Source: Mobula hypostoma (lineage: Eukaryota). From it: a stretch of 64,000 bases of DNA. Each line of letters starts with the position of its first letter. Within the stretch, counting starts at the first letter, position 1. Where the stretch lies: assembly GCF_963921235.1 (NCBI RefSeq), contig NC_086107.1, positions 112,222,001 through 112,286,000 of the forward strand. Reading direction: 5' to 3'. Both the position numbers and the translations under genes were made by a program. Below the pieces are notes generated by a model. The model did not search any database, was not told the DNA's origin, and worked only from the letters and a program-made list of their open reading frames with translations. Positions 1-11,954 of the stretch are shown here, piece after piece.

Positions 1-352
1 TGTAAACTTAGTCAGCTCCATCATGGGTACCAGCCTCCGTAGCATCCAGGACATCTTCAAGGAACGATGCCTCAAAAAGGTGGCATCCATCATTAAGGGC
101 CCCCACCACCCAGGACATGCCCTCTTCTCATTGTTACCATCAGGAAGGTTCTTCCGCTCTGCCATCCGATTCCTAAATGGACATTGAACCCTTGAACACT
201 ACCTCACTACTTTTTTGCTCTACTTATTTAATTTAACTATTTAATATAAATATACACTTACTGTAATTCACAGATCTTTTTCTCTATGCTACCATTGTAC
301 TGCAGCTGCAAAATTAACAAAATTTCATGACGTGCTGGTGATATTAAACCTG
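1..352 (+). mobile_element. Rex1/Babar-type LINE, 3' fragment
   Basis: Degraded ORF2 C-terminus (SIIKGPHHPGHALFSLLPSGR) followed by the 3' UTR shared with other copies in the window. Confidence 0.8.
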
Positions 353-1002
353 AATTCTAAATCAGATTTAGAATTGAGATCTAATTCTAAATCTCAAATA
401 TATATTTCACACTGAGCTGACCTTTTAAACAATTACCTTACCTTTACACATATAAGCAGACCTCCCCTGATTATGACAGCGGTTAATCAAAAACGTATTT
501 TTGCTTAAGTACCAGACTATAGAAATGGATTATTTTCAATTTGGCTTGTCTATACAGGGGATCAAACTCACTGAGGTCTTGGTCGTGGGCAGCCTTTGAT
601 AGGATGCAAGGATATTGCAGAAACTCATCTCTGCTCCAAGCGCATTAGCATTTTTCCCCTCTTTCCGCATGACCCTTTAAATCGATGGAAATGATTTAAA
701 GGGAAATAGCATTAAAATATGATCTGAAAATTCAATTAAAAGCACTTACAAATCAGTGTAACCAATACAATGGAACAATTGTCTCTTAACGATAATGCCT
801 TCTCTGTTCCTCAGGCCAAGAATCCCCACTGAAGTGAGAGGGAAGTTGCCAAGCCCTATCGGCATCAGAGGAGACTGATGGCCCCCGTTTGGCACAGTAA
901 GTTCTGGAGTTGCTGCAGATCGACGCGAAGCCAGCACTGGTGTAGGAGTGGGTACAGCCTGCACCCATTTCTTATCATGCTTGATATGTTATTCCCCTGG
1001 TA

Positions 1003-1330
1003 TTGTGGCACGGAGGCAGGGTTGGCGAAATGCTTCACAGCTCCAACGACCCGGGTTCAATTCCCGCCGCTGTCTGTACCCGGGACTGCATGGGTTTCCT
1101 CCGGGTGCTCCAGTTTCTACCCAAAGGCATGCAGGTCAGCATTAGGGCGTGCCGTGTTGGCACCAGAGACACGGCGACGCTTACGGACTGTCCCCGTCGG
1201 AATGATGAAACTCACGCAGTCGTGGGGAGAAAGTACAAACCCTGTACAGACGGTGCCGGAAGTGAACCCTGGACCCCAACGCCCAGAACTGTAATAGCGT
1301 TACATTAGCCACTGTACTACCTTGGCACAC
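1003..1330. mobile_element. Two degraded V-domain tRNA SINE fragments in opposite orientations
   Basis: B-box-like gggttcaattccc and V-domain tgggtttcctccgggtgctccagtttc on +; a reverse-strand head at about 1200-1330. Confidence 0.65.
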
Positions 1331-1924
1331 CCGTTTGGTATCATGCTTGGCACAGACAAATGGTCAAAGTGCCCGTTCCTGTGCTGTATTTTCTTGTGTT
1401 CTAAAGGTAGAAAATTCTTGGAGGGCTTGCTGGGGTGGGGGGTGGTGCTCAAAATAATGAGTTAGGCCACTTGGGTCTAAAATTTAAAAAAAAACACCCA
1501 TGCACAGAACGGTGGATCTTTAGAATTCTCTACTCTGGAAGGTTGTGGAGGCTGCCTTTGAAACCAAGATGATTTAATTTTTCAATATTAGAGGAACTGA
1601 ATGTGAAAGGATTGTTCATGAATGTAGAAAATCAGTGAGGGTGATACTGAATGACTGAGTAGGCTGCAGGAGCCAAATGCCCTTCGCTCCTGTTTCATTC
1701 ACTGATGTGAATGCTGCAGCTTGGCAGTGTTGTGTTTGACTGCCCTCTGCTGGAGAGCTTGGGGTGAGCAGCTTTTCTCAAAAAAAAACTACATGTGATC
1801 CTGTCGAAGTGTAGTCACAGGAGATAGGGTGATCAATGATATACACTCAGCAATCTCCCACAAGCAGCAATGTGATTATAACAAATTTCACAACATATGC
1901 TAGTGACATTCAACCTGATTCTGA

Positions 1925-2316
1925 GGATGGCTCTCAGGAGGCTGGTTGGAGGCTCGAAGTTTTCAGATGAATGGACTCAGTGTCGGCTGTGGTCGGCTGC
2001 TTCCGAGGCATCGGCAAGTTGACGGTGCCTGGAGGTTTATGGCAGGGAGTTTCTCCCTTTTGCCGCCTGCTATTGGGGACTCGGGGACTTTTGAGACTTT
2101 TTTTTTACCGTGCCCATGGTTTGTTCTTCATCAAATTATGGTATTGCTTTGCACTGCTGTAACTATATGTTATCATTATGTGGTTCTGTCAGTGTTAGTC
2201 TTTGGTTTGTCCTGTTTTCTGTGATATCACTCCGGAGAAACATTGTATCATTTCTTAATGCATGTATGCATTTCTAAATGACAATAAAAGAGGACTGAGT
2301 GTTCTCATAATCTAAT
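1925..2316 (+). mobile_element. 5'-truncated copy of a CpG-rich non-coding retroposon with a (TAATC)n tail
   Basis: Closely matches the 3' part of 8913-9542 and 62322-62994; ends caataaaagaggactgagtgttctcataatctaatc. Confidence 0.8.
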
Positions 2317-3061
2317 CCCATATTACGTTTTCTCACTAAGAAGGAAGGAGGATATTTGACCCATCTGAACTATGCTAGCTCTGGGATCAATCTCATTCTC
2401 CTATCTATTCTCCTGAAGCCCATTCTCTCTCACAAGTCTGTTGACTTGATGGTGATTGTCCTACCACCCTCCTAAATTAAGGGCAGTTTACAAAGGTCAA
2501 TCCACCTGACAGCCACATCACTTGGAAGCAGGGACACGCCAAGAGGCCATGGGGTCACAGGGAGAACTTGTAGGCACCATTGGAGGTTGGGATGGAACTG
2601 GGGTCACTGGAGCCTTGTGGTTGCAGCACTACCTGCATTTCCAGCATCTGCAGACTTCCTCCTGTTTATAGTTGATATATTTCTTCTCGTCCTCCATAAT
2701 ATTTTATGTATTGCACTGTATTGCTGCTGAAAAACGACAGATTTCGCGACAGGCGTCAGTGATATTAAACCTGATTCTGACATCAGCAATACTTCAGTGC
2801 CCGGCCCGTGAAGTGCTGTAGGAAAACCAGGGGCTGTGAAAAGAGCTTATGTATTTAACCGATTTCCCCCGGGATCAATAAAGTATGGCTATGACTATGA
2901 ACACACTCGTACAAGTGCGTGCATACACCGGCAAACAAAGATCTGGATGTGTACCTATAACACGTACATCAGCATGAATAAGCAGACAGTACAGTAGTTT
3001 AGAAAGATGTTACAGCAAATACTGTAATTTCAAAAGTACTTGGGATCTAAATTTTATAACA

Positions 3062-3414
3062 TTTGGGGTGGCAGCTCAGATTGGTAACACTATCTCTTCC
3101 ACAACCTCCATTGGCACAGGTGCACCACAGGGCTGTGTGCTTAGCCCCCTGCTCTACCCATTTTGCCCTTATGACTGTGAGGCTAAGCAGAGCTCCAATG
3201 CCATATTCAAGTTTGATGACGACACCACCGTCATGGGCCGAATCAAAGGTGGCGACAAATCGGCATGTAGGAGGGAGGTTAAAAATCTGGCTGGGTGGCA
3301 TCATAACAGCAGTGCCAGCAAGAAGGAGCTGGTGGTAGACTGTGGGAGAGGGAAACCAGAGTCCTCATCAGAGGATCCAAGGTGGAGAGGGTCAGCAGCT
3401 TTAAATTCATATAA
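3062..3414 (+). mobile_element. Rex1/Babar-type LINE, RT core fragment
   Basis: Translation GAPQGCVLSPLLY...IFKFDDDTTVMG (RT motifs, FADD-like motif mutated). Confidence 0.85.
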
Positions 3415-3811
3415 GTGGACTCTCTGACGGTGGTGTCTGAAAAGAGGATGCTGTCCAAGTTGCATGCCATCTTGGACAATGTCTCCCATCCACTACATAA
3501 TGTACTAGTTCGACACAGGAGTACATTCAGCCAGAGACTCATTCCACCGAGATGCAACACTGAGCGTCATAGGAAGTCATTCCTGCCTGTGGCCATCAAA
3601 CTTTACAACTCCTCCCTTGGAGGGTCAGACATCCTGAGCCAATAGGCTGGTCCTGGACTTATTTCCTGGCATAATTTACATATTATTATTTAATTATTTA
3701 TCGTTTTTATATTGCTATATTTATACTCTATTCTTGGTTGGTGCAACTGTAACGAAACCCAATTTCCCTCAGGATCAATAAAGTATGACTATGATTATGA
3801 CTATGACTATG
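3415..3811 (+). mobile_element. Rex1-like LINE 3' end, young subfamily with (ATGACT)n tail
   Basis: DSLTVVSEKRMLSKLHAILDNVSHPLH...KSFLPVAIKLYNSS; near-identical to 48288-48966 and 51800-52475. Confidence 0.85.
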
Positions 3812-4175
3812 TAAGATTATTAAGGGATTGGACACGCTAGAGACAGGAAACATGTTCCCGATGTTGGGGGAGTCCAGAACCAGAGGCCACAGTTTAAGAA
3901 TAAGGGGTAGACCATTTAGAACGGAGTTGCGGAAAAACTTTTTTTTTTGTGGTTCTGTGGAATGCTCTGCCTCAGAAGGCAGTGGAGGCCGATTCTCTGG
4001 ATTCTTTCAAGAAAGAGTTAGATAGAGCTCTTAAAGATAGCGGAGTGAAGGGATACAGGGAGAAGGCAGGAAAAGGGTACTGATTGTGGATGATCAGCCA
4101 TGATCACAGTGAATGGCGGTGCTGGCTCGAAGGGCTGAATGGCCTACTCCTGCACCTATTGTCTATTGTCTATAT
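3812..4175 (+). mobile_element. CR1 (HER1-like) LINE 3' fragment
   Basis: MFPMLGESRTRGHSLRIRGRPFRTELRKNFF and CR1 3' UTR with tctattg tail. Confidence 0.9.
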
Positions 4176-4709
4176 ACGGCCTTTGATAATAAAGTTTCCA
4201 GCAGATTTGAATTTCTGTATAATTCAGGTAGAAGCAGATATTGACTGGGTTATTGTGAAATTATGGACAACTGACATCAAAAATAGAAAGCTGGGTTAGT
4301 TATTTTCAGCTGCAGTGCTTAATTAAAGGTTCCCATATCCATTGCCACCCCTACCCCCTGTCAATTATTGACCCACCAAGGACTTCAATATATAAGGCAG
4401 TTGTGTTACGTTTTAGTTCAGAGATACAACACAGTAACAAGCCATTGATCTCACACCACCAGACTACACTCAGGTGACTGATTACTTTACTAACCTGTAT
4501 GTTTTGGAAATGTGAGCGGTCACGGGAGAGAACATACGGACCCATTACAGACAGCAGCAGGAATTGAATCCGGGTCGCAGGCGCTGGAGTAGCATTAGAT
4601 GATCAATAATTAATTCTTGGTCAATCACACATCAGATACTGGCAGTCGTTTTATATCCCGATGCTTGCACAGTAGATTTTCCCGGCTGCATCAAATTTTA
4701 TCATTTAAT

Positions 4710-6225
4710 ATGGGCCTTCTGTCAGTCAGGGTCGACGATGGATGCTGCATCCTAGCTGTCTGGATACGCAAGCTGTTGTCCGCATAGCAGAACCCCCTCT
4801 TCGCACATCTGATGTACCCAAAGGAATGTCGGTGACCGATACAGTTTGGCACCAGCGGCATCGCAGGAGTTGCCAGTCAGTGTTGAGCTCAACATAGGAC
4901 TGCCTTAAGGACTCCAGCTCAGGAATTTTCCCTTGGGGTTTACAAGGCAGCGGAGATTTGAGATCTGAGTTTTCCTTCTCCTAGATGAGCTGCCAATCAT
5001 GGCTGATGGGCCCCATGTACCCAAGGCGATTGGTTTTAAGGCTCCATTACCTGCCTTGCCCCTTTAGAAGGAACAGTTCTGCCAGGCTTAGTGGTTAAGC
5101 CCCACGGTGGGCTTGGTTGTCAGAGGCTATTTGAGGTGCATACCATTGGGAGCATTTCACAAGACAAAGAAGCAGAAGTAGGCCATTCGGCCCATCGAGT
5201 CTGCTCCGCAGCTCCCCCATGAGCTAAACTATTCACCCATCTAGTTCCAGTTTCCGGCTTTTTCCCCATATCCCTTGATAACCTGACTAATTAGATACCT
5301 GCCAATCTCCTCCTTAAACACCCTCAATGATCGGGCCTCCATAGCTGTATGTGGCAACGAATTCCACAAATCCACGACTCTCTGGCTAAAAAAATTTCTC
5401 CTCATCTCTGTTTTAACTGGGTACCCTCTAATTCTAAGACTATGGCCTCTTGTCCTGGACTCACCCACCAAGGGAAACAACCTTTCCACATCTACTCTGT
5501 CCAACCCTTTCAACGTTGGAAATGTTTCTATGAGATCCCCTCTCATTCTTCTATACTCTAATGAATACAATCCAAGAGCTGACAAACGCTCCTCATATGT
5601 TAGCCCCTGCATTCCAGGAATCATCCTCGTAAATCTTCCCTGAACTCTCTCCAACATCACTACATCCTTTCTAAGATAGGGGGCCCAAAACTGCACACAG
5701 TATTCCAAATGAGGTCTCACTAATGCCCCATAGAGCCTCATCAACTCCTCCTTACTCTTATACACTATTCCTCTTGAAATGAATGCCAACATAGCATTCG
5801 CTTTCCTTACCGCCAATCCAACTTGGTGGTTAACCTTTAGGGTATCCTGCACAAGGACCCCCAAGTCCCTTTGCACTTCCAATTTTTGAATTTTCTCCCC
5901 ATCTAAATAATAATCTGCCCAATTATTTCTTCTTCTGAAATGTACAACTGTACATTTGCCAACGTTGTATGCATCTCATCTGCCATTTCTTTGCCCACTC
6001 TCCTAAACTGACTAAGTCTCTCTGCAACCTTTCCGTTTCTTCAACATTTCCTGCTCCTCCACCTATCTTGGTGTCATCCGCAAACTTAGCCACAAAACCA
6101 TTTAATCCATAATCCAAATCATCAATATATATCGTAAAGAGAAGCGGCCCCAACACCGACCCCTAATAGGTAGTGGGATCTTATCCCCATTACCACCCCC
6201 AGCTATGACAACCTTAAGGAACTAG
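4710..6225 (-). mobile_element. Non-autonomous RTE-like element split by a CR1 insertion (parts 4710-5157 and 6165-6225)
   Basis: Non-coding; reverse RTE-type UTR motif ttttccttctcctagatgagctgcc; sequence appears to resume after the CR1. Confidence 0.45.
5158..6164 (-). mobile_element. CR1 LINE, about 1 kb 5'-truncated copy (RT core to 3' UTR)
   Basis: LGPLLFTIYIDDLD...KFADDTK, then RPHLEYCVQFWAP...TRGHSL...RNFFSQRVVDLWNSLP; frameshifted. Confidence 0.95.
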
Positions 6226-6376
6226 CATTAAATAATAACCAAATAAATGTGTGGGAGAAGCTGGGTTGGTCAATATACGCAGGGGAATACTTCATGTTGA
6301 AGATGATAAGAGGCAATGATAGAGTGGACAGCTGGAGACTTTTTTCTAGAGTGGAAATGGCTAGAAAGGATGTGGG

Positions 6377-6666
6377 CACTGTTCCCTATAAGCTGCGCGG
6401 GTGCGTAGCTGCACAGTAACTAAAATGCTCCCGTGCACGTAGCCTTTGTTGCCACATAGCTGGAATTGGGCACAACTGGAAAAATTGGAATTGGAAAAAG
6501 TTTATGGTACATGAGAAGTTTTCTTTGTTGTACTGTTTTTCATTATAGTCTTCAAATAATACACAAAATCAAAGTGTAGGAAATTTCAGGCTGTGTAAAA
6601 AGTTCCAACTCAAAGCAATGGTTGGTCCGCACAGCTGTAAAAAAAAAATAGATTAGAGGAATATTG
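6377..6666. mobile_element. hAT-type MITE inserted in a CR1 fragment
   Basis: Imperfect TIRs cactgttccctataag / ttagaggaatattg; 8-bp TSD gatgtggg (6369-6376) / gatgtgga (6667-6674). Confidence 0.75.
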
Positions 6667-7022
6667 GATGTGGAAGCTTTGGAGAGGGTGCAGAGGAGAT
6701 TTACCAGGAGGCTACCTGGATTAGAGAGCATGTTTTATGAGAATAGGTTGAGGAAGCTAGAACTTTTCTCTTTGGAGCAAAGGAGGATGAGAGGTGACTT
6801 GATAGATGTGTATAAGATGATATGAGGCATAGATCGAGTGGACAGCCAGAGACTTTTTCCCTGAGTGAAAATGGCATAATTTTGAGGTGATTGGAGGAAA
6901 GTATAGGGGAGATGTCAGAGGTAGATTTTTGATTACAAAGAGAGTGGTGGTCATATGGAATGGTCTACCAGGGGTGGTCATAAAGGCAAATAAATTTGGA
7001 GCATTTAAGTCTCTTAGATAGA
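6667..7022 (+). mobile_element. Degraded CR1 LINE fragment
   Basis: DVEALERVQRRFTR...RRMRGDLIDVYK. Confidence 0.85.
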
Positions 7023-7031
7023 CACGTGTGT

Positions 7032-7335
7032 TGGCACGTGGCCAAGTGGTTAAGGCATTCGCCTAGTGACCTGAAAGTCGCTAGTTCGAGCCTTGGCTGA
7101 GGGAACGTGTTGTGTCCTTGAGCAAGGCACTTAACCACACATTGCTCTGCGACGACACTGGTGCAAAGCTGTATGGGTCCTAATGCCCTTCCCTTGGACA
7201 ACATTGGTGGCGTGGAGAGGGGAGACTTGCAGCATGGGCAACTGCCAGTCTTCCATACAACCTTGCCCAGGCCTGCACCCTGGAAACCTTCCAAGGTGCA
7301 AATCCATGGTCTCATGAGACTAACGGATGCCTATA
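7032..7335 (+). mobile_element. tRNA-derived SINE with CORE-like central domain
   Basis: A box tggccaagtggt, B box gttcgagcc, CORE-like tgtgtccttgagcaaggcacttaacc; further copies at 12576-12886 and 37826-38130. Confidence 0.85.
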
Positions 7336-7697
7336 GATAGACACAAGTTAAGGAACGAGGAGCTTGGCCTGACAGCCAAGCACATCAATATGGAACATGA
7401 GAAATAAAGCTGACCAAATCACTCCAAACCTCTCCACTGAAGCCTGCGTCTCCTTATACCAAGCTGAGTACAGTTGATTGATGGATCATGAACCTGGAAA
7501 TCCTCTTGGACAGGAGAAGGTAGGTCAGAACATTGTTGCATATCCTGGTAATAACCATTAAGGGCATGGGCTGGTTGTAGATTTGTAGGAACATAAAGCA
7601 TGGGCACAGGCTCCTCAGCCCACTGAGTCTGCCCCAACCATCAGTCAACGTTCTCACTAAGCCTGAATTAATTCCTCCCACATTCTCACCAGCCGTC

Positions 7698-8070
7698 GGG
7701 GTGGCAAGGTAGCGTAGAGGTTAGTGCGACACTGTGACAGTGCAAGCAGCCCAGGTTCAATCCTGCCCTTGTTTGTACATTCTCCCCATGACCGCGTGGG
7801 ACAGGGACAGAGTTGAAGGGATGATGTTGGATTTGGGCCTTGGAGTCAGAGTTGGGACCCCAGCAGTCTTACCAAAGAGGGGTTGACCAATTAGTTGGTG
7901 TGTGGGGTTGCGTCTGCCAGTGTTAGTGCGGTGCCCCGGTTTCTGCCCACATCCTACAGGCGTACGGGTTAGTAGGTTAATTAGTCACGTGGGTGTAATG
8001 AGCAGGGTGGGCTCGTAGGGATGGAAGGGCCGGTTACCGAGCTGTATCTCTAAACCAAAAAAATAAACAA
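7698..8070 (+). mobile_element. V-domain tRNA SINE (HE1-like), interrupted, with CR1-like tail
   Basis: A/B boxes, V-domain tctccccatgaccgcgtggg, tail gaagggccggttaccgagctgtatctctaaa resembling the CR1 3' end. Confidence 0.7.
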
Positions 8071-8314
8071 ACTCTCCAGGGCCTCTACCACTCAGCTACC
8101 CTCTAGGGACAATCTACAGCAGCCAATTAACCGACCCACCCATGTGCTTTCAGGATGTGAGAGGAAACATGCACAGTCACAGGGAGAACCTACCCCAAGA
8201 GGGTTGATTTAGGCACCAGGCCAGATTGAAAAGGTCAGAGTGTCGGGGCCTGGGGTGAGGGAAGGGCCAGGTTCAGATCACTGCTCCACGACTTGGCTCT
8301 GCGCTAATCTAGGG

Positions 8315-8552
8315 CAGTGGTCCCCAACCACCGGGCCGCGGACCAGTACCGGGCCACAAAGCATCTGCTACTGGGCTGCGAGGAAACAATATGATTTGAC
8401 GATATGAAATGATATGAGTCAGCTGCACCTTTCCTCATTCCCTGTCACGCCCACCGTTGAACTTGAATACATCCCCCCCTCCTTTGGCCGGTCCACAAGA
8501 ATATTGTCAATATTAAACTGGTCCGTGGTGTGAGAAAGATTGCGGACCCCTG
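8315..8552. mobile_element. hAT-Charlie-like MITE
   Basis: TIRs cagtggtccccaacc / gattgcggacccctg; 8-bp TSD atctaggg (8307-8314) / atctatgg (8553-8560). Confidence 0.85.
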
Positions 8553-8912
8553 ATCTATGGGACTCTCTTTGTGGACTTCAGTTCAGAACACTATTTGCCT
8601 GTGGTTATTGTTTGCACAATGTTTTTTTTCCCCTCTCTCTGCACGTTGGGTGTTCAACAGTTTTTTTATATGGGTTCTTTTGGATGTCTTTGTTCCGCGG
8701 CTGCCTGTAAGGAGACAAATCTCAAGATTGTATAATGTATGCATACTTTGATAATTAATGTACTTTGAGCTTTGAAGATCAGGTAGTGAATCAGTGGCTA
8801 CATTGGCTTCACCTTCATGTCACCTGTAAACAGCTCCTGATGCTCGTGAGCTCTAAGGCATCTGCTGCTACTGAATGAGCCTTTATACAGCTTCCTCCGC
8901 AATCTCAGGGAG

Positions 8913-9542
8913 GAGGAGAAGATGGCGGCACGATGCAGTGCGGTAGGGTACCATGCACAGTTCTGATTTGATGGAGACAGACGTGAGAGTACGGAGGAAC
9001 ATCTGGAGAAACTTCTGAAATGCCCGCTTCGCTGCCGCCGCTACTGTGCAGTACCGGAATCTCTGGAGGAGAAGGCCCTGAATCCTCGGCTTTGCTTGTT
9101 TTGGCGGCCGGGGCAAGGTCGAAGGTGCTCGGCAGAGGATGGTGCTCAGGAGGCGGTATTGGAGGGGCTGGTTGGAGGCTCGAAGTTTTCGGATGGACGG
9201 ACTCAGAGTCGGCTGTGGTCAGCTGCTTCCAAGGTATCGGCAGTTGTCAGTGCCTGGAGGTTTATAGCAGGGAGTTTCTCCCTTTTGCTATCGGGGACTC
9301 GGGTCGATCGGGACTTTGAGACTTTTTTTTTTACCGTGCCCATGATCTGCTCTTCATCAAATTATGGTATTGTTTTACATTGCTGTAACTATATGTTATG
9401 ATTATGTGGTTCTGTCAGTGTTAGTCTTCGGTTTGTCCTGTTTTTCTGTGATATCACTCTGGAGGAACATTGTATCATTTCTTAATGCGTGCATGCATTT
9501 CTAAATGACAATAAACGAGGACTGAGTGTTCTCATAATCTAA
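8913..9542 (+). mobile_element. Apparently full-length CpG-rich non-coding retroposon
   Basis: Starts gaggagaagatggcgg, same start and end as 62322-62994; AATAAA followed by taatct tail. Confidence 0.8.
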
Positions 9543-9989
9543 AAACTTTACTGTAGCGGAGCACACTGAAGAAACTCTCCAACGTTTTTGAGGTCAGGCC
9601 TAAAATGGACAGTTTTGATTTGGACATTGGGGGCCGAGTTGGGGTGCCAGCAATCTCATCAAAGGACGTTAACCAGTTAATGGGGAAGGTGTTGAACCTG
9701 CTGGGTTTTACTGGGAAGCCAGAGGGAAGAGTCAGGATGAGGAAATGTTTGGTTTGAAGCCAAAGGTCAGTAGGCTTTGGGAAGTTGGATCCCGAGTCAG
9801 GAGGTAGGTGGGGAGTCAGAGAATGAGGGTGATGGGACCCACTGTCTAAAGGAAAGAAGGGTATTGACCAGTGATCATGAGACTTCAGATACTAGGAGAT
9901 CTTGAAGAACACACACAAAATGCTGGAGGAACTCAGCAGGTCAGGCAGCATCTATGGAGGGGAATAAACAGTCGCTGTTTTGGGCCGAA

Positions 9990-10260
9990 GTTGGTTGATT
10001 GCTGATGCTGACTCAGTGAGCTGTTCCAGTGCCCCACCTTCCTATGACAACAATGTGACCTAATTTCCCAGGCAACAGGCTAAAATAACAGCTGGGCGCT
10101 TGACATCATTGCTCAAGTGTTTGATGTGCAAACTGCGTCAGCACGGCAGTTTGTGAGTCAGGAGTAGCCACCTTCCCAGAGCTTCATAATTGGACCCAGA
10201 AATCATCACGTGGTTGTGTTTGAACTCGTCTCTGCATCAGTCACCTCCAGATCTGGGAGT
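9990..10260. promoter_or_regulatory. Candidate enhancer with clustered bZIP motifs
   Basis: TGCTGACTCAG 10006-10016, TGACATCA 10101-10108, TTGCTCAA 10109-10116, TGCGTCAGCA 10134-10143, TGAGTCA 10154-10160, CACGTG 10207-10212, all in a repeat-free island. Confidence 0.4.
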
Positions 10261-11954
10261 GGCCCAAGAGCTTATGATTGAAGTAAGGCTGGATATTCCC
10301 AGGGGCCGCTAAACCTTGCGGATTCTTGCTGAACGATCTAGTCCAGTTCACAGTGCCAGTATGCTAATGTTTACATACAACTGGCTTCTAAGTGAACTGC
10401 CACATTTTGTCTGCAAAACTCTTTAAAACCAGCGACTGGCAATCTTTCATTTAGACTGCAGACAGCCACTGAAGCCTTTGCTTCCCAAGGAGTTGGTGAT
10501 CTGGAGGCGCCTAGTTCAGTTTTGCTATAGGCAGCATCTGTGGAAAGGAAACAGAAGATGCCCTTCCCTTTCCTTCAATTTGCCACTGGCTTCCCTCTTA
10601 CCTTGTCTCTTCTCCTCACCTGCCTATCATTTCCCCCTGGTGCCCCTCTCCCTTTGGAGTCATAGAGTCCTATAAAAGTACAGCACAGAAACAGACCCTT
10701 TGGCCCATCTAGTCCATGCCAAACTGCCTAGTCCCAGTGACCTGCACCAGGACCATAGCGCTCTGTACCCCTGCTATCCATGTACCTATCCCAAACTTCT
10801 CTTAAATGTTGAAATTGAGCTCGCCTGCACCACTTGCACACTCTCATGACCCTCTTTCTCCCATGGTCCCCTCCCCCATGATCTCCATGTCAATCCAGGG
10901 CTCTTCAACCTGTATCTTTCATTCCGCTTCTCTCTCCACAGAGGCTGCCCGACCGGCTGAGTGCTTCCAGCATTTTTTCTTTGTAGTTCAGATTTCCGGC
11001 ATCTGCATGTTTGTTTAATCGTCATTTCCATGTCAGTAAAGGAAATGATGTCATTAGCCAGGTGATGCCAGGAAGAGCAATTGGGTGATCTGACTCCTTG
11101 TCTCAAAATGACCAGGGGCTATGTGCTTTGAGGCAAATAAGTGAACCTGAATCTGGCAGGCTCGTTGTGGAACAGTGATGATGCACATTCCAGCTGCAGA
11201 CTATTAAGAGTTATGAAGGAGCATCCAATCAGATTTGACCAGATGTAGACCAATTCCAACGTGGCCTGGCATGGAAACGCCAATGCCCAAGAATGGAAGG
11301 GCATTGGATCCGGCCCAGTCCATCACAGGAGAAACATTACCCACCACTGAACACATCTACAAAGAGCACGCCACCGGAAACCAGCCTCCATCATCGAGGA
11401 CTCTCACTTCCGCCATCGGGAAGGAGGTACAGGAGGCTCAGGTCCCACACCGCCAGGTTCATGAACAGTTGGCTGGGATTACTTCCTTCGGTCCGTTATG
11501 AGTCTGGAGCCTTTCCGGCCTGATTGTTGTAGGTTAGCGGGCCAGACATCTGCACTTAAGGATCAATAGTGAGACTCTTGGGGTTGTAAAAGATCCAGTC
11601 TTTGCTTCAAACCTTTTTACGTGTCCGTGAAGATGTAATTAAGAACAATATACACAGCCCCAACAGTTCAGTTAAACCTTTCTGATTGGATGTTTATTGG
11701 AAATCATCGTGTAAGATTGTCATCAGCCTTACTTTACTCACTGATGATGGTGGTATCATTTCAAACAGTCGAAGTATAAACGGAAAACGCTGAAAATGCT
11801 CGGCATGTCGGGCAGTGTCTGTGGAGAGAGAAACAGTTAATGCTTCAGGTATGAGACCCTTCTTTGGAATTGGGAAAGAGTGCTGTCCCTTCGTTCGGGA
11901 TAGTCTCGTCCTGGAAACATTCCAACATCTACCCTGGAGTGAACTCTCGGGATT

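Noticed and set aside
5241..5882. 213-aa ORF as a functional reverse transcriptase
   Set aside because: 5'-truncated, frameshifted CR1 copy lacking the endonuclease and most of RT
7032..7105. tRNA gene
   Set aside because: The A/B-box head continues into a ~300-bp repeat present three times; it is a SINE
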